Positions 38,836 to 47,418 of a stretch of DNA of 47,418 nt are shown piece after piece. Numbering within the stretch: the stretch's first letter is position 1; every line of letters begins with the position of its first letter. This DNA is from Planctomycetota bacterium (lineage in GTDB: Bacteria > Planctomycetota > MHYJ01 > JACPRB01): contig JACPRB010000095.1 of assembly GCA_016190155.1 (NCBI GenBank), positions 1 through 47,418 of the forward strand, read 5' to 3'. The position numbers and the translations under genes are program-made. The notes beneath the pieces were generated by a model. It did no database searches, was not told the origin of the DNA, and saw only the letters and a program-made list of their open reading frames with translations.

Positions 38836-40667
38836 CACTTCCCCTCCACGAAGAAGAGCAACTCCTTGAGTTGGTCCACCGCTTTGGAGAGCGTCTCGGG
38901 GTCGCGGCGGGAGATCGCGATCGCGATCCGCTCCGTGAGCCCGAGGGCGTCCTCGCGGTCCTCTTCGTGCATGCCCTCCAGGACGCGGTGCGAGCGCTCG
39001 ACCAGACGCTGCGCGTCCCCCGAGACCCGATCCCATTCGAGACCAGGGGCCGCGGCCGGCGCGGGCGCGATCTCCACGTGGTCCTGCGGGACTTCTTTGG
39101 GCTCGTCCCCGACGACGGAGAACATCCCTTCCAGATCTTCGGCGCGAGCGGTGTAGAGCGAACGGAGCTTCTCGCGCGCGGCCTCCAGCTCCTTCTCGCT
39201 CCTGGGCCGGAGGGCGCCCGTGATCTTGATTCCCTTCGACAGGCCAGTGCGCTTCTCCGTCGCCGTGACGCCCAGAATCCCGTCCACGTCCAGGCTCATG
39301 CGGACCACGACGTCGCTGGGCTCCGGTGTCGGCGTCAGGCCTTCGACGCGAAACGTTCCGATGCGCGCGTTCTTGAGCGCGTCCGGGTCCTCGCCCTGGA
39401 AGATCTCCACCTCGACGTCCGTCTGGTACGGCGCGGCCGTGTAGTACGTCTCCGCGCGGGTCACCGGCAGGGGCGTGTTTCGCCGGATGATCGGCCGGTA
39501 GCAGTAGGGATAGGGGACCTCTTCCTTCTCGCCCAGGTAGGAGGGCCCGAAGGAATAAGGCGAGACATCGACCAGGACGCGGTCGATCTCGTGCCCCGCC
39601 AGCCGCGAGGCCAGCACGCCCGCGCCCAGCGCCACGCACAGATCCGGATGGACCTCCTGCCTCGGAGCGAGACCCGTGCGCTCCTCGAGAAGGCGCGAGA
39701 CGAGCGGCGTGCGCGTCGAGCCCCCTACCAGGAAGATTGCGTCCAGATCGGAGGGCTTCTTGCCCGCGTCGGCCAGCGCTTTGGATACGCTTTCGAGGGT
39801 CGATTCGACGAGGTGTCGAATCAGGTTCTCGTATTCTTCGCGCGTAATCTCGACCTCGAGGTGCAGCGGCTTGCCTTCGTGCACGACGAGGGCCTCCTCG
39901 CGCACGACCGTGTACGGCTCGAAGCTGAGGCGCTTCTTGGCCTCCTCCGCCGCCCACCACAGTCGCTAGTTCGCCACCCTGTGGCCTTGCCGGAGGTCGA
40001 TGCCGTGGCGGTTCTGGATCGCCGCCAGGAGGCGCTCCAGCAGGAGCTGGTCGAAGTCGTCGCCGCCGAGTTGCGTGTTGCCGTGGCTGGCCAGCACCTC
40101 CGTGACGTCCTTCTCCGTCGTGACGATCGAGACGTCGAAGGTCCCGCCGCCGAGGTCGTAGATCATGAGCGTGCGCCGTCGGCCGTCGCCGTGGCCGTAC
40201 GCGAGGCTCGCGGCCGTCGGCTCGTTGAAGATGCGCACGACGTCGAGACCGGCCAGCGCGCCGGCCTCGCGCGTCGCGTTGCGCTGGGCGTCCGAGAAGT
40301 AGGCGGGCACGGTGATGACGGCCTTGCGCACCGGGCGGCCGAGCGAGCGCGTGCCCCACTCCGCCAGCTCGCGCAGGATGAGCGCGGACAGCTCCTGGGG
40401 GGTGAACGTCCGATCGGCCAGCCGGATCGTCTCGGGGCTCCCCATCTTGCGCTTGACGCTGCGCACGGTGCGCTCCGGGTAGAGGATCTGCTGGTTGCGG
40501 GCGGACTCGCCGATCAGCAGCGCCCCGCTGGGTGAGATTCCCACGCAGGAGGGGAGCATGCGTGTGGCGCCCGGGCCGAGGACCTGGACGCGCCCTTCCA
40601 CGAAGGCGGCGATCTCCGAATTGGTCGTGCCCAGGTCGATGCCTACGATGAGGTCGTCACTCACCAT
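38835..40667 (-). pseudogene. Hsp70-family chaperone (610 codons) interrupted by one in-frame TAG at 39966-39968
   Basis: GIDLGTTNS, TVPAYF, DLGGGTFD, then ...RVAN*RLWWAAEEAKKRLS..., VGGSTR.P, linker VLVDV; both halves in the same frame. Confidence 0.85.
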
Positions 40668-41385
40668 GGTCGTTCTCCGTTTGTCCGCGGGCCACCTTCA
40701 CTTCTGCCGGACGAACCGCATCTCCGTTCCACTCGTACCCGGCGCGATAGACTTCCAGCACGGTTCCGTCCGGAACATCGGGACGGACTTCCATCTCGAC
40801 CGCCCTCATTCGATGCGGATCGAAGAGGAGTCCGGCGCACGCGATCTCGTGGACGTCGTTGCGCTCGAGGGCCTCGTTGAGGCGAACGAGCGTCAATTCG
40901 TAGCCTTTGACCAGCGCCTCGGTTGCGTCGTGGGGCCGGCGGAGGAGCCGCTCCCAGAGGCCGGTCTTCTTGGCGACGTGCGCTCGCGCGGACGAGAGCC
41001 CTCGCTGGAGGCGGTCGCGCAGATCGAGGAGCAGGTCGAGGATGTCTTGCCAAGCGGCGCGCTTGATTTCCGCGGCGCGCGTCGCGCGCAGCTCGGACAG
41101 GATCTGCGGCTGGGCCTCCAGGGCGGCCTTCACGCCGGGTCCCAGCGTGTCGCTCAGTTCCTTGAACGCCCTTCCCTGGAGCTTGATTTCCTGGGTCAGC
41201 GCCGTCGCGGCCGCCCAGAGGGAATAAAGATCGCGCGGGTCTTCCTCGGGCGTCGGCTTGCCTTCGGCGAAGAGCTCGGGGGCGATTCCCGAGGGCGGCT
41301 CTTCCTGGGCGAGGGCTTCATCGAGCCAGCGCGTAAAGCGTTCCAGGATTCGTTCCCGGACGGCGGATTGATCGACGTCGCTCAT
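40657..41385 (-). CDS. grpE: GrpE-like nucleotide exchange factor
   Basis: LLDLRDRL coiled coil, FDPHRMRAV, GTVLEVYRAGY....VRPAEVKV; ATGA-coupled. Confidence 0.8.
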   Translation of the reverse strand: MSDVDQSAVRERILERFTRWLDEALAQEEPPSGIAPELFAEGKPTPEEDPRDLYSLWAAATALTQEIKLQGRAFKELSDTLGPGVKAALEAQPQILSELRATRAAEIKRAAWQDILDLLLDLRDRLQRGLSSARAHVAKKTGLWERLLRRPHDATEALVKGYELTLVRLNEALERNDVHEIACAGLLFDPHRMRAVEMEVRPDVPDGTVLEVYRAGYEWNGDAVRPAEVKVARGQTENDHGE

Positions 41386-41675
41386 TTCTTCCTCAGGACC
41401 TCCAGCCACGGTTCCGGCCCGACGAACAGGCGGGCCGTCTTGATGCCTTCCAGCAGGGAGGGTAGGGGGCGCAGTGGATCCTCCGCCAGGAACGCCAGTC
41501 GCGCGCGCTTACGGGGATCACGCAGCGTCTCGTAGGCGTCGCGGATGCGTTCGAACTTGAGGGGGGAGCGCTCCGGGGGATGCTCCTTGACCTTGCGCAG
41601 GTAGGCCGCGCGGATCTCTTCCTCGCCGGCCTCGGCGGACACTCCCAGGATGGCGCGCGGATCTTCGTGAGTCAT
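41382..41675 (-). CDS. Small J-domain protein with HPP in place of HPD
   Basis: DPRAILGV...EEIRAAY...KEHPPERSP..FERIRDAYETLRDP..R. Confidence 0.85.
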   Translation of the reverse strand: MTHEDPRAILGVSAEAGEEEIRAAYLRKVKEHPPERSPLKFERIRDAYETLRDPRKRARLAFLAEDPLRPLPSLLEGIKTARLFVGPEPWLEVLRKK

Positions 41676-41677
41676 CG

Positions 41678-44245
41678 CTACCTCCCGAATCCGAAGAGGA
41701 TCCTTCCTATTTCTCGAAACAGCTTGGGATCCGTTCTCTCGAGCTCCCGCGGGTCCGGCAGGCCTCCGTATTTCTCGAGTATCTCCGCGAGGACGGGCAG
41801 GAGCTCGGGGTGCATCCCCGGAGGGAGCGGCAGGTCCTCTTCGTCTCCGTCGTCCTCCTCGTCGAAGTCGTCGGGAGCCGGGTAGGCGAGGTCGTTCTTC
41901 TCGCGCTCGAGGACGCGATGGGCTTCTTCGAGGGACATAGGGGATGGCTTTTCACCCATCGCCCATGGCGGCAGGATCTCCTCCTCGTCCAGGAGATCCA
42001 TCGCCTCCTCGATCACGGATTCGTCCCGCTGTTGCCGCGCCAGTTCGGCGGCGGCCCGGAGGCACGTGGAATACCGATCGGACGAGGAGAGACATTGCGC
42101 GCGCAGGAGCAGGAAGCGGGCGGCGAGCGGGCCGCCTCGGGCCAATCCGATACCCGAGGTCGCGTAGGCCAGATCCTCGTATTCGTCGTCGAGGGCGGTT
42201 TCCGCCAGCGCGCGCAGCGCCGAGAGGTCGAGCGAGCGGGCTCCGTCCGGGAGGGATTGTTTTAGCGCGGGCACCCATTGCGGGGGGATTTCCACGCAGA
42301 CCTTCAGGTCCGCTACGAGGGCGCACGCTTGGGCGATGCCCTGAACGAGCTTCTCGCCGGGTTCGGGCTTGAGCTCTGGGGGCGCCTTTCCCGCGGCGGC
42401 AAGGCTCTTCAGGAGGACGAACCCGGCGAAGGGATTCTCCAGGCGCGCGTATGTCTCGTCTTGCAAGCGCCGGGTCTCGGTTTGATCGCACCTGAGGGCG
42501 GCGGATACCCATCGCAAGGCGATCGGGAAGGCGGAGCGGCGTCCCTCGCGGGTCGGGGGAAGCGTCTCAAGGGCGTCCGCGTCTTTCTTGATGAGAGAGG
42601 CGTTCCTCTTTTTCACGTGCTGCATGGCCGAAGCGACCATCAGGCGAAGCCGTGCGCGGGCCACCGCGGGATCGAGGGAGTCGATGCGTTCGGCTTGCTC
42701 CAGATAATCGAGCGCCTTCTTGAAGGCGCCGCGCGCCTCCGCGGACTCCATGAGGAACAGGAGCGGGCGAGTATCGGCGGGTGCGGCGGCGTGCCAGGCG
42801 TGGGCCACCTCGTCGGCGGCCTTGCCGTAGCCTTCGGGATTCTTCACGGCCTCCATCCAGGCGTGGAAGAGCTCCGGATCGGCGTCGATCGCGCAGGAGC
42901 GTCTGTAGAGGACATCAGGTGACAAGAAGGCGGGGTCGGGTTTTCCGGGTTTCTCGTTCCCGAGCGCGGCGAGGATCTCCGGCGGCTGATCCGCGTAGTA
43001 ACGCCCGAGGTCCGGAATCTGCTCTCGCGCCTGCTTGAGGAGCGGTTCCGGCATTCGTCCGAGGATCGTGGCCATGTGGCCGTAAAGCGCGGCGAGTTCC
43101 AGGCCGTCCGGCGGGAGCAGTCCTTCGTGAAGGGCGTGTTTGCGGTACTGCTCCCAGTGGAGGCACGCTTCGGCGGGGCTGCCGGCGCGTTCGGCCGCCA
43201 GAGCATAGAGGCGCCAGAAGGACGCGTCCTTGCGCGACGAGCCGCCCATGGCCTCGCGCACCCGGTCGGCGGGGAGATCGGCGATCGCGCCGCGGATCGC
43301 AAGGTGCTGTCGGAGACGGATCAGCAAGTCGGGGACATCCTGATCGCACTGCTCCACCGCGCGTCGAATGGCCTCGAAGATCTTGCCTCGTTTGCCGCTC
43401 TTGAGGGCGGAATCCAGCGACTGCAGGGCGTCGCGCGTGGCCGTTGTCGTTTTCGCGATGCGCGAGAGGAGGCCCGCCGACGGGGTCGTCAACGTCTTGT
43501 CGCTCTTACCCGAGAGCGCGGCGCGAAGAGCCGGAACCAGGCGCGCCGGGACGGAATCGGGATCGATTGCGTCCAGGCACTGCGCGCACGCGTCGTCCTC
43601 GCGCCGGTAGAACAAGGCGATGGCGCGTACGAGCAGCTTCCAAGGGGCGAGCGGGCTGCGCAGGGAGATCTCAGGAAGCGCGATCTCTTCGTCGCGACCG
43701 GGCCCGCGAGTGGCGGCGGTGACCGCTTGCGCCGCGGCGGTTGCAGCTTTCCTCAGCGGATGGTCAGCTGAGAGAGAGGGGCATTGGGCCAGGGCGTACG
43801 GATCCACCAGCTCCCGTCGCAAGGCGCGCTCGATGTGGGCTTTCTGCTCCTCGGGGAGATCAGGTTGGCTGAGGGGACGTACGAGTTCGGCCAGGGTGTC
43901 GTCGCGCTTTTCCGTCGTCGCGTACAGCGTGTCCAGGACCGCGGAGGAGGAGGGGAATCTCTTCGACACGTATTCAAGGAGGGCTTGGGCTTCGAGGGCG
44001 AGGCCGCGTTCGTTCAGGCTCCGGATGCGTGCCACGTACGCCTCAGCCAGCAGCGCTTCGGAGACGCGTATCGGGAGATCCTTGAGGAGCCTCTTGGCGT
44101 GCTCCACGGCGTTCTTGGTTTCTCCTTTCGCGATGAGGGCTCTGATCTCGTCCGCTCGGCGAGCAAAGGCGGAGTCGCTCTGGTCGTTCGAAGGGCGAGT
44201 TCCCGAGGATTGCAGATGTTGCTTGAATGGTTCTTGAGATGACAC
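41678..44245 (-). CDS. Large alpha-helical, TPR-like protein (855 aa) with acidic C-terminal patch
   Basis: A/L/E/R-rich helical composition; TPR-like 'FKKALDYLEQAERIDSLDP'; first gene of the Hsp70 operon. Confidence 0.8.
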   Translation of the reverse strand: MSSQEPFKQHLQSSGTRPSNDQSDSAFARRADEIRALIAKGETKNAVEHAKRLLKDLPIRVSEALLAEAYVARIRSLNERGLALEAQALLEYVSKRFPSSSAVLDTLYATTEKRDDTLAELVRPLSQPDLPEEQKAHIERALRRELVDPYALAQCPSLSADHPLRKAATAAAQAVTAATRGPGRDEEIALPEISLRSPLAPWKLLVRAIALFYRREDDACAQCLDAIDPDSVPARLVPALRAALSGKSDKTLTTPSAGLLSRIAKTTTATRDALQSLDSALKSGKRGKIFEAIRRAVEQCDQDVPDLLIRLRQHLAIRGAIADLPADRVREAMGGSSRKDASFWRLYALAAERAGSPAEACLHWEQYRKHALHEGLLPPDGLELAALYGHMATILGRMPEPLLKQAREQIPDLGRYYADQPPEILAALGNEKPGKPDPAFLSPDVLYRRSCAIDADPELFHAWMEAVKNPEGYGKAADEVAHAWHAAAPADTRPLLFLMESAEARGAFKKALDYLEQAERIDSLDPAVARARLRLMVASAMQHVKKRNASLIKKDADALETLPPTREGRRSAFPIALRWVSAALRCDQTETRRLQDETYARLENPFAGFVLLKSLAAAGKAPPELKPEPGEKLVQGIAQACALVADLKVCVEIPPQWVPALKQSLPDGARSLDLSALRALAETALDDEYEDLAYATSGIGLARGGPLAARFLLLRAQCLSSSDRYSTCLRAAAELARQQRDESVIEEAMDLLDEEEILPPWAMGEKPSPMSLEEAHRVLEREKNDLAYPAPDDFDEEDDGDEEDLPLPPGMHPELLPVLAEILEKYGGLPDPRELERTDPKLFREIGRILFGFGR

Positions 44246-44409
44246 GTTATCCCCATTCTCCTCGATGCGGTAGCGAATCGTAGCGTCGTGAGGGGTTCAG
44301 GGAAAGGGGAATTGCGGTGGGTTCCACGAAGTGCCTTGGGTGCGCACGAATGACGAAGTAGCCGCCGCTGAGATCGCGAAGAAGAACGCTGATGATTCTT
44401 CAAGAAGAC

Positions 44410-44452
44410 GGCTCTGCGTCCTCTCCGAACCCTCTGCCCGCTCTGCGGTTGG
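44410..44452. repeat. GAGGACGCAGAG-family repeat, reverse orientation
   Basis: CTCTGCGTCCTC at 44412-44423 followed by ctctgcccg-ctctgcggtt. Confidence 0.65.
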
Positions 44453-44483
44453 TCTTTCGGAGTGAATCGTGGGATCTACTGCC

Positions 44484-45008
44484 TCATTCTCCCGACGGCG
44501 TTCGGTCCACCTTCTGCGCGAACGAGTCCGGGTCTATGGCGGGATATCGGTAGAGGTTCGGGCGGATCTGCTCGAAGCGCGCCTTCAGCTGAACCGGCTC
44601 GATCAGGCCACGCCGGAGCATCTCGCGGACATCGAGCAGATCACGTTCATGCGCGCGCTCGATCTTGGCCAGGGCCTGGGAATACAAGTCATAGTGATGC
44701 CACTGGACGCGCCCTTCCTGGCAGATGAAGGGGCTTCGGGACTCCCAATCCGGGATCGGCGGGATGAACTGGTCTGGACTGGCCAGTTCGATATTGAGGT
44801 GAAGCGCCTCCTTCAATTCAGGCAGGGCGCGGAACGCTTCGTCACGGTCGGGGACGATCTTGATGTCCACATCGATGGTGGTTTCTCGCCAGCCCATCAG
44901 CACGGCGGTCGCCCCGCCGGTGAGATAGATGCGCGTGTCCGTTCGGACGGCTTTACCCAAACGGCGCATGAACTCCCGAATACGATCGGCCGTGGCTAGC
45001 TCGCGCAT
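44484..45008 (-). CDS. Putative nucleotidyltransferase (DUF6036-like)
   Basis: YLTGGATA...TIDVDI (GG plus DxD), LAKIER...DL.D. Confidence 0.75.
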   Translation of the reverse strand: MRELATADRIREFMRRLGKAVRTDTRIYLTGGATAVLMGWRETTIDVDIKIVPDRDEAFRALPELKEALHLNIELASPDQFIPPIPDWESRSPFICQEGRVQWHHYDLYSQALAKIERAHERDLLDVREMLRRGLIEPVQLKARFEQIRPNLYRYPAIDPDSFAQKVDRTPSGE

Positions 45009-45262
45009 TCGAGGGCTCGTTCAAAGCTGACCAGCCTTCGGAGGAGCGCGTTGTATCGAGCATGCGCGTCGTCCCCGTAGGCGCGCGCCAGCATGAGGTA
45101 GAGCAGGTGGTCGGCTTCCGGGATGGGACGTAGGACGGCCAGACCGGCGCGGCGGAGGCGCGATGCTCCGATCGAGACAAGCAGGGCCTCCGCGGTTTGC
45201 CTGTCATTGGCGAGGTCGTCCAACCCTCGACGCACGAACTCCTCGCCCGGCAGTTCCTTCAT
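44996..45262 (-). CDS. Small helical protein (88 aa), partner of the nucleotidyltransferase
   Basis: MKELPGEE...YNALLRRLVSFERAL; overlaps the next gene; TATAAT 6 nt before ATG. Confidence 0.75.
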   Translation of the reverse strand: MKELPGEEFVRRGLDDLANDRQTAEALLVSIGASRLRRAGLAVLRPIPEADHLLYLMLARAYGDDAHARYNALLRRLVSFERALECAS

Positions 45263-45317
45263 GACGGCATTATAGCGCATGGAAGTACCGAGGTGCGAGT
45301 GGGGGGAGCCTCGATGT

Positions 45318-46325
45318 TCATCGATGGCACGCCGTACACGCGTCGCCGTTGTCGGGGTGCCGCAGCCCGATCGAGTGGCACGGCCGGCAGTCCATCGTCA
45401 AATTGTGCCAAGGAGGCATGGGGGGCACCAGGTCGTGTCCCGGCGCCGACCTGTGGCAGGCGAAACAGCCTCCGCTGAACTGCAGGGGTAAGTGGCAACT
45501 CACGCAGTGCCGGTCCTGCGGCGCGTTCCATCCGGCCGTGTGCGATCGCGGCGAGGTTTCCTCGTGGCAGCGCACGCACATGTCGCTCGCATGACAAACC
45601 GTGCAGCGCCCGCGGTCGATCGAGGCGGCGATGCCGTGGGGCTGGAATCGCCACGCTCCGTTGTGATCGTCCGGAAGGCGAGTCTGGTGGCACGTGACGC
45701 AGGAGTCGTTCTGATGGCACATCGAACAGTCGTTGGCCGTGTGCGCGGCGGGGCCTTCGCGGGCGCGCCGGCCGTGGAGGGTACTCCACATCCTCAGGTG
45801 GTCCGGCGGGGCGTGATCGCGGTCGAGCTGGGTGTGGCAGGTGGAGCACTCGTTCTTGCGTGGCGCCTGGGCGGCGTGACACGCGGTGCAGGATTCCATG
45901 CGCTGAACCAGGCCGGGCTGGAGGCCCTTGTTCTTGTCGATGCCGACGTGGCATTGCGCGCATTCGACGTTCGCGGTCGCATGCGCCTGGTGCGAGAAAC
46001 GAATCTCAGGCGATTGCTCGGTGAAGGCGCTCCACACCGGCCGGCCCGAAGGGTCCAGGTACCACGAGGCCTTCCTCTCCGGCGGTTTGGCGGGATCCTG
46101 GTCGAGTTCTTCGTGGCACTCCAGGCACGATTCCATGGAGGGCATGCCCGCCTCGGCTTGCGTTTCCGCGTCTTCGTGGCACGACAGGCAGTCCGGGCCT
46201 CGCCGCAGGTGCGACGCGTGGTTGAACGGCCGCGGTGGGGGCGCGGCGGACGGCATGATCGCGTGGATCACGCTGCACGCGGCGGTCAGCCCCAAGGCGA
46301 TCCCGATCATGGGTCTAAAACGCAC
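45318..46325 (-). CDS. Multiheme cytochrome c lipoprotein, 13 CxxCH motifs
   Basis: 13 CxxCH counted; cytochrome c3/c7-like FNH..H and FSH..H motifs; lipobox-like LTAAC. Confidence 0.93.
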   Translation of the reverse strand: MRFRPMIGIALGLTAACSVIHAIMPSAAPPPRPFNHASHLRRGPDCLSCHEDAETQAEAGMPSMESCLECHEELDQDPAKPPERKASWYLDPSGRPVWSAFTEQSPEIRFSHQAHATANVECAQCHVGIDKNKGLQPGLVQRMESCTACHAAQAPRKNECSTCHTQLDRDHAPPDHLRMWSTLHGRRAREGPAAHTANDCSMCHQNDSCVTCHQTRLPDDHNGAWRFQPHGIAASIDRGRCTVCHASDMCVRCHEETSPRSHTAGWNAPQDRHCVSCHLPLQFSGGCFACHRSAPGHDLVPPMPPWHNLTMDCRPCHSIGLRHPDNGDACTACHR

Positions 46326-47418
46326 GGCGTCCCCCGATTTCCAAGGTGTTGAACGTGTCGAAATCGTCGCGGTCGATGCTGTAGCGCAGGTCCACCGCCG
46401 TCCCTTTGGCCGCCGTCCAGCGGGCCGCGGCGTAGATCGAGCGCACCCGGCGGCGTTCGGTGCCCGCGAAGGCGTCGATGACGTAGAGGGAGAACGACGT
46501 GCCGGTCGTCAGAGAGAGGGCGGGATGGGCTTGCCAGGCGACGTCGGCGCCGGCGGTCCAGAAGTCGTCGTTGCTGGTCTCCCAGAAATCGAGCGGCACC
46601 GCGATGGACACCTTGGGCAGCGGCCAGTCGGCCGTCCGCGGCGTCACGTTCCATCGCTGGAATTCGTGATTGAAGGGGGTCTCCTCGTCGTCGTCGATCA
46701 GTTCCCGCAGGGTGGCGGAGGCGTCCACGCTGAACAGCGAGCCGAGGCCCTTGGAAGCGCGTAACGCCAGCTGGGCGTAGGGCTCCAATTCGAACAGGAA
46801 GACGGAATACGGGTCGATCGCAAGGGCCTGCGCGTGTTGGGTTTCAAAGAGGTACGTGCCTTGGATGTCGATGACGAGATCCGCGGCGGGAAACGTGCCG
46901 GTGAGCCGCGCGGCGACATCGCGGTTCTCGCTTTCGAGCACCGTGTATCGGGCCCACGTGAAGAACGGTCCGGAGCCGTGCTCGACGGAGAAACCGACGA
47001 GGTCGTCCTTGAACAATCCGAACGCGTTCTCGTCGCGCAGGTGGAGGTACTCGATGCGCGCGCGGGTTCGGGTCCACGGAAGCGCCTCGATCCACCCGCC
47101 ATACATGGCGTCGTCGGAGGTGGAGCTTTCGAACAGGTTGACCGGCAGGCCGCCGAAGACGGCGGCGGTGATGTGATCTTGGATCTGAAGCCAGGCTTGT
47201 CCGCCGTCCATGGGGACGGCCTCGGGCATCTCCTCGACGATGAGGCGGCCGGCGCGCGCGCGGAGGTTCGGCATCGGGCGGTGCAGGTCGACGAACGCGG
47301 TATAGAGGCGGGACGTGGCGGCGCGCCGGTAGCTGTCGTCGAGGGAGTCGAAGGCGAAGAAGCCGGCCTCGTCGCGTTCTCCGTCGAGGTCTTCGGCGAA
47401 GCGGGCGCTCAAAGAGGC
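46315..47418 (-). CDS. Outer-membrane beta-barrel protein, 5'-truncated by the window edge
   Basis: Alternating hydrophobic/aromatic strands, C-terminal Phe (EIGGRRAF); frame open to the window end; overlaps the cytochrome start. Confidence 0.75.
   Translation of the reverse strand, partial: ASLSARFAEDLDGERDEAGFFAFDSLDDSYRRAATSRLYTAFVDLHRPMPNLRARAGRLIVEEMPEAVPMDGGQAWLQIQDHITAAVFGGLPVNLFESSTSDDAMYGGWIEALPWTRTRARIEYLHLRDENAFGLFKDDLVGFSVEHGSGPFFTWARYTVLESENRDVAARLTGTFPAADLVIDIQGTYLFETQHAQALAIDPYSVFLFELEPYAQLALRASKGLGSLFSVDASATLRELIDDDEETPFNHEFQRWNVTPRTADWPLPKVSIAVPLDFWETSNDDFWTAGADVAWQAHPALSLTTGTSFSLYVIDAFAGTERRRVRSIYAAARWTAAKGTAVDLRYSIDRDDFDTFNTLEIGGRRAF

Noticed and set aside
39966-39968. Genome-wide TAG reassignment, or selenocysteine
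   Set aside because: TAG terminates many genes here at their expected ends, and selenocysteine uses TGA.
35938-47418. tRNA-anchored integrative element
   Set aside because: The content looks accessory, but I see no integrase and no duplicate of the tRNA 3' end inside the window.

Overview
GC-rich bacterial chromosome segment. It is probably from a Planctomycetota/PVC-type lineage; this is inferred from gene content (ECF sigma plus Ser/Thr kinase pair, prepilin cluster, short dcw cluster), not from a search. Left to right it carries: a five-gene type IV/T2SS pilin cluster, lpxH-like, a REC/PilZ-like gene, and a truncated dcw operon (mraZ-orf-rsmH-ftsL-ftsI-murE-murF-mraY). Then come mdh, a PLP trans-sulfuration enzyme, a tRNA-binding protein, two DUF4388-like paralogs, purN, ileS, a beta-helix/PKD lipoprotein and a chimeric ECF sigma. 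Next are tldD/pmbA, a Lys-rich duplicated-repeat protein, a UvrD-like helicase, tgt, yjbQ, an M28 peptidase and a tRNA(CAT). The accessory right end holds an ECF plus Ser/Thr kinase pair, a coupled five-gene dedicated Hsp70 operon (large helical protein, HPP-type J-domain, GrpE, Hsp70 broken by one in-frame TAG, Zn-finger protein), a nucleotidyltransferase TA-like pair, and a 13-heme cytochrome c lipoprotein next to a beta-barrel. Non-coding highlights are probable leaderless promoters, a long G-U-rich hairpin and a recurring GAGAGAGGG motif at dcw junctions, and several dispersed 8-9-bp-period repeat families, one of which is translated into the ends of two unrelated proteins. All family calls come from visual motif recognition; no searches were run.
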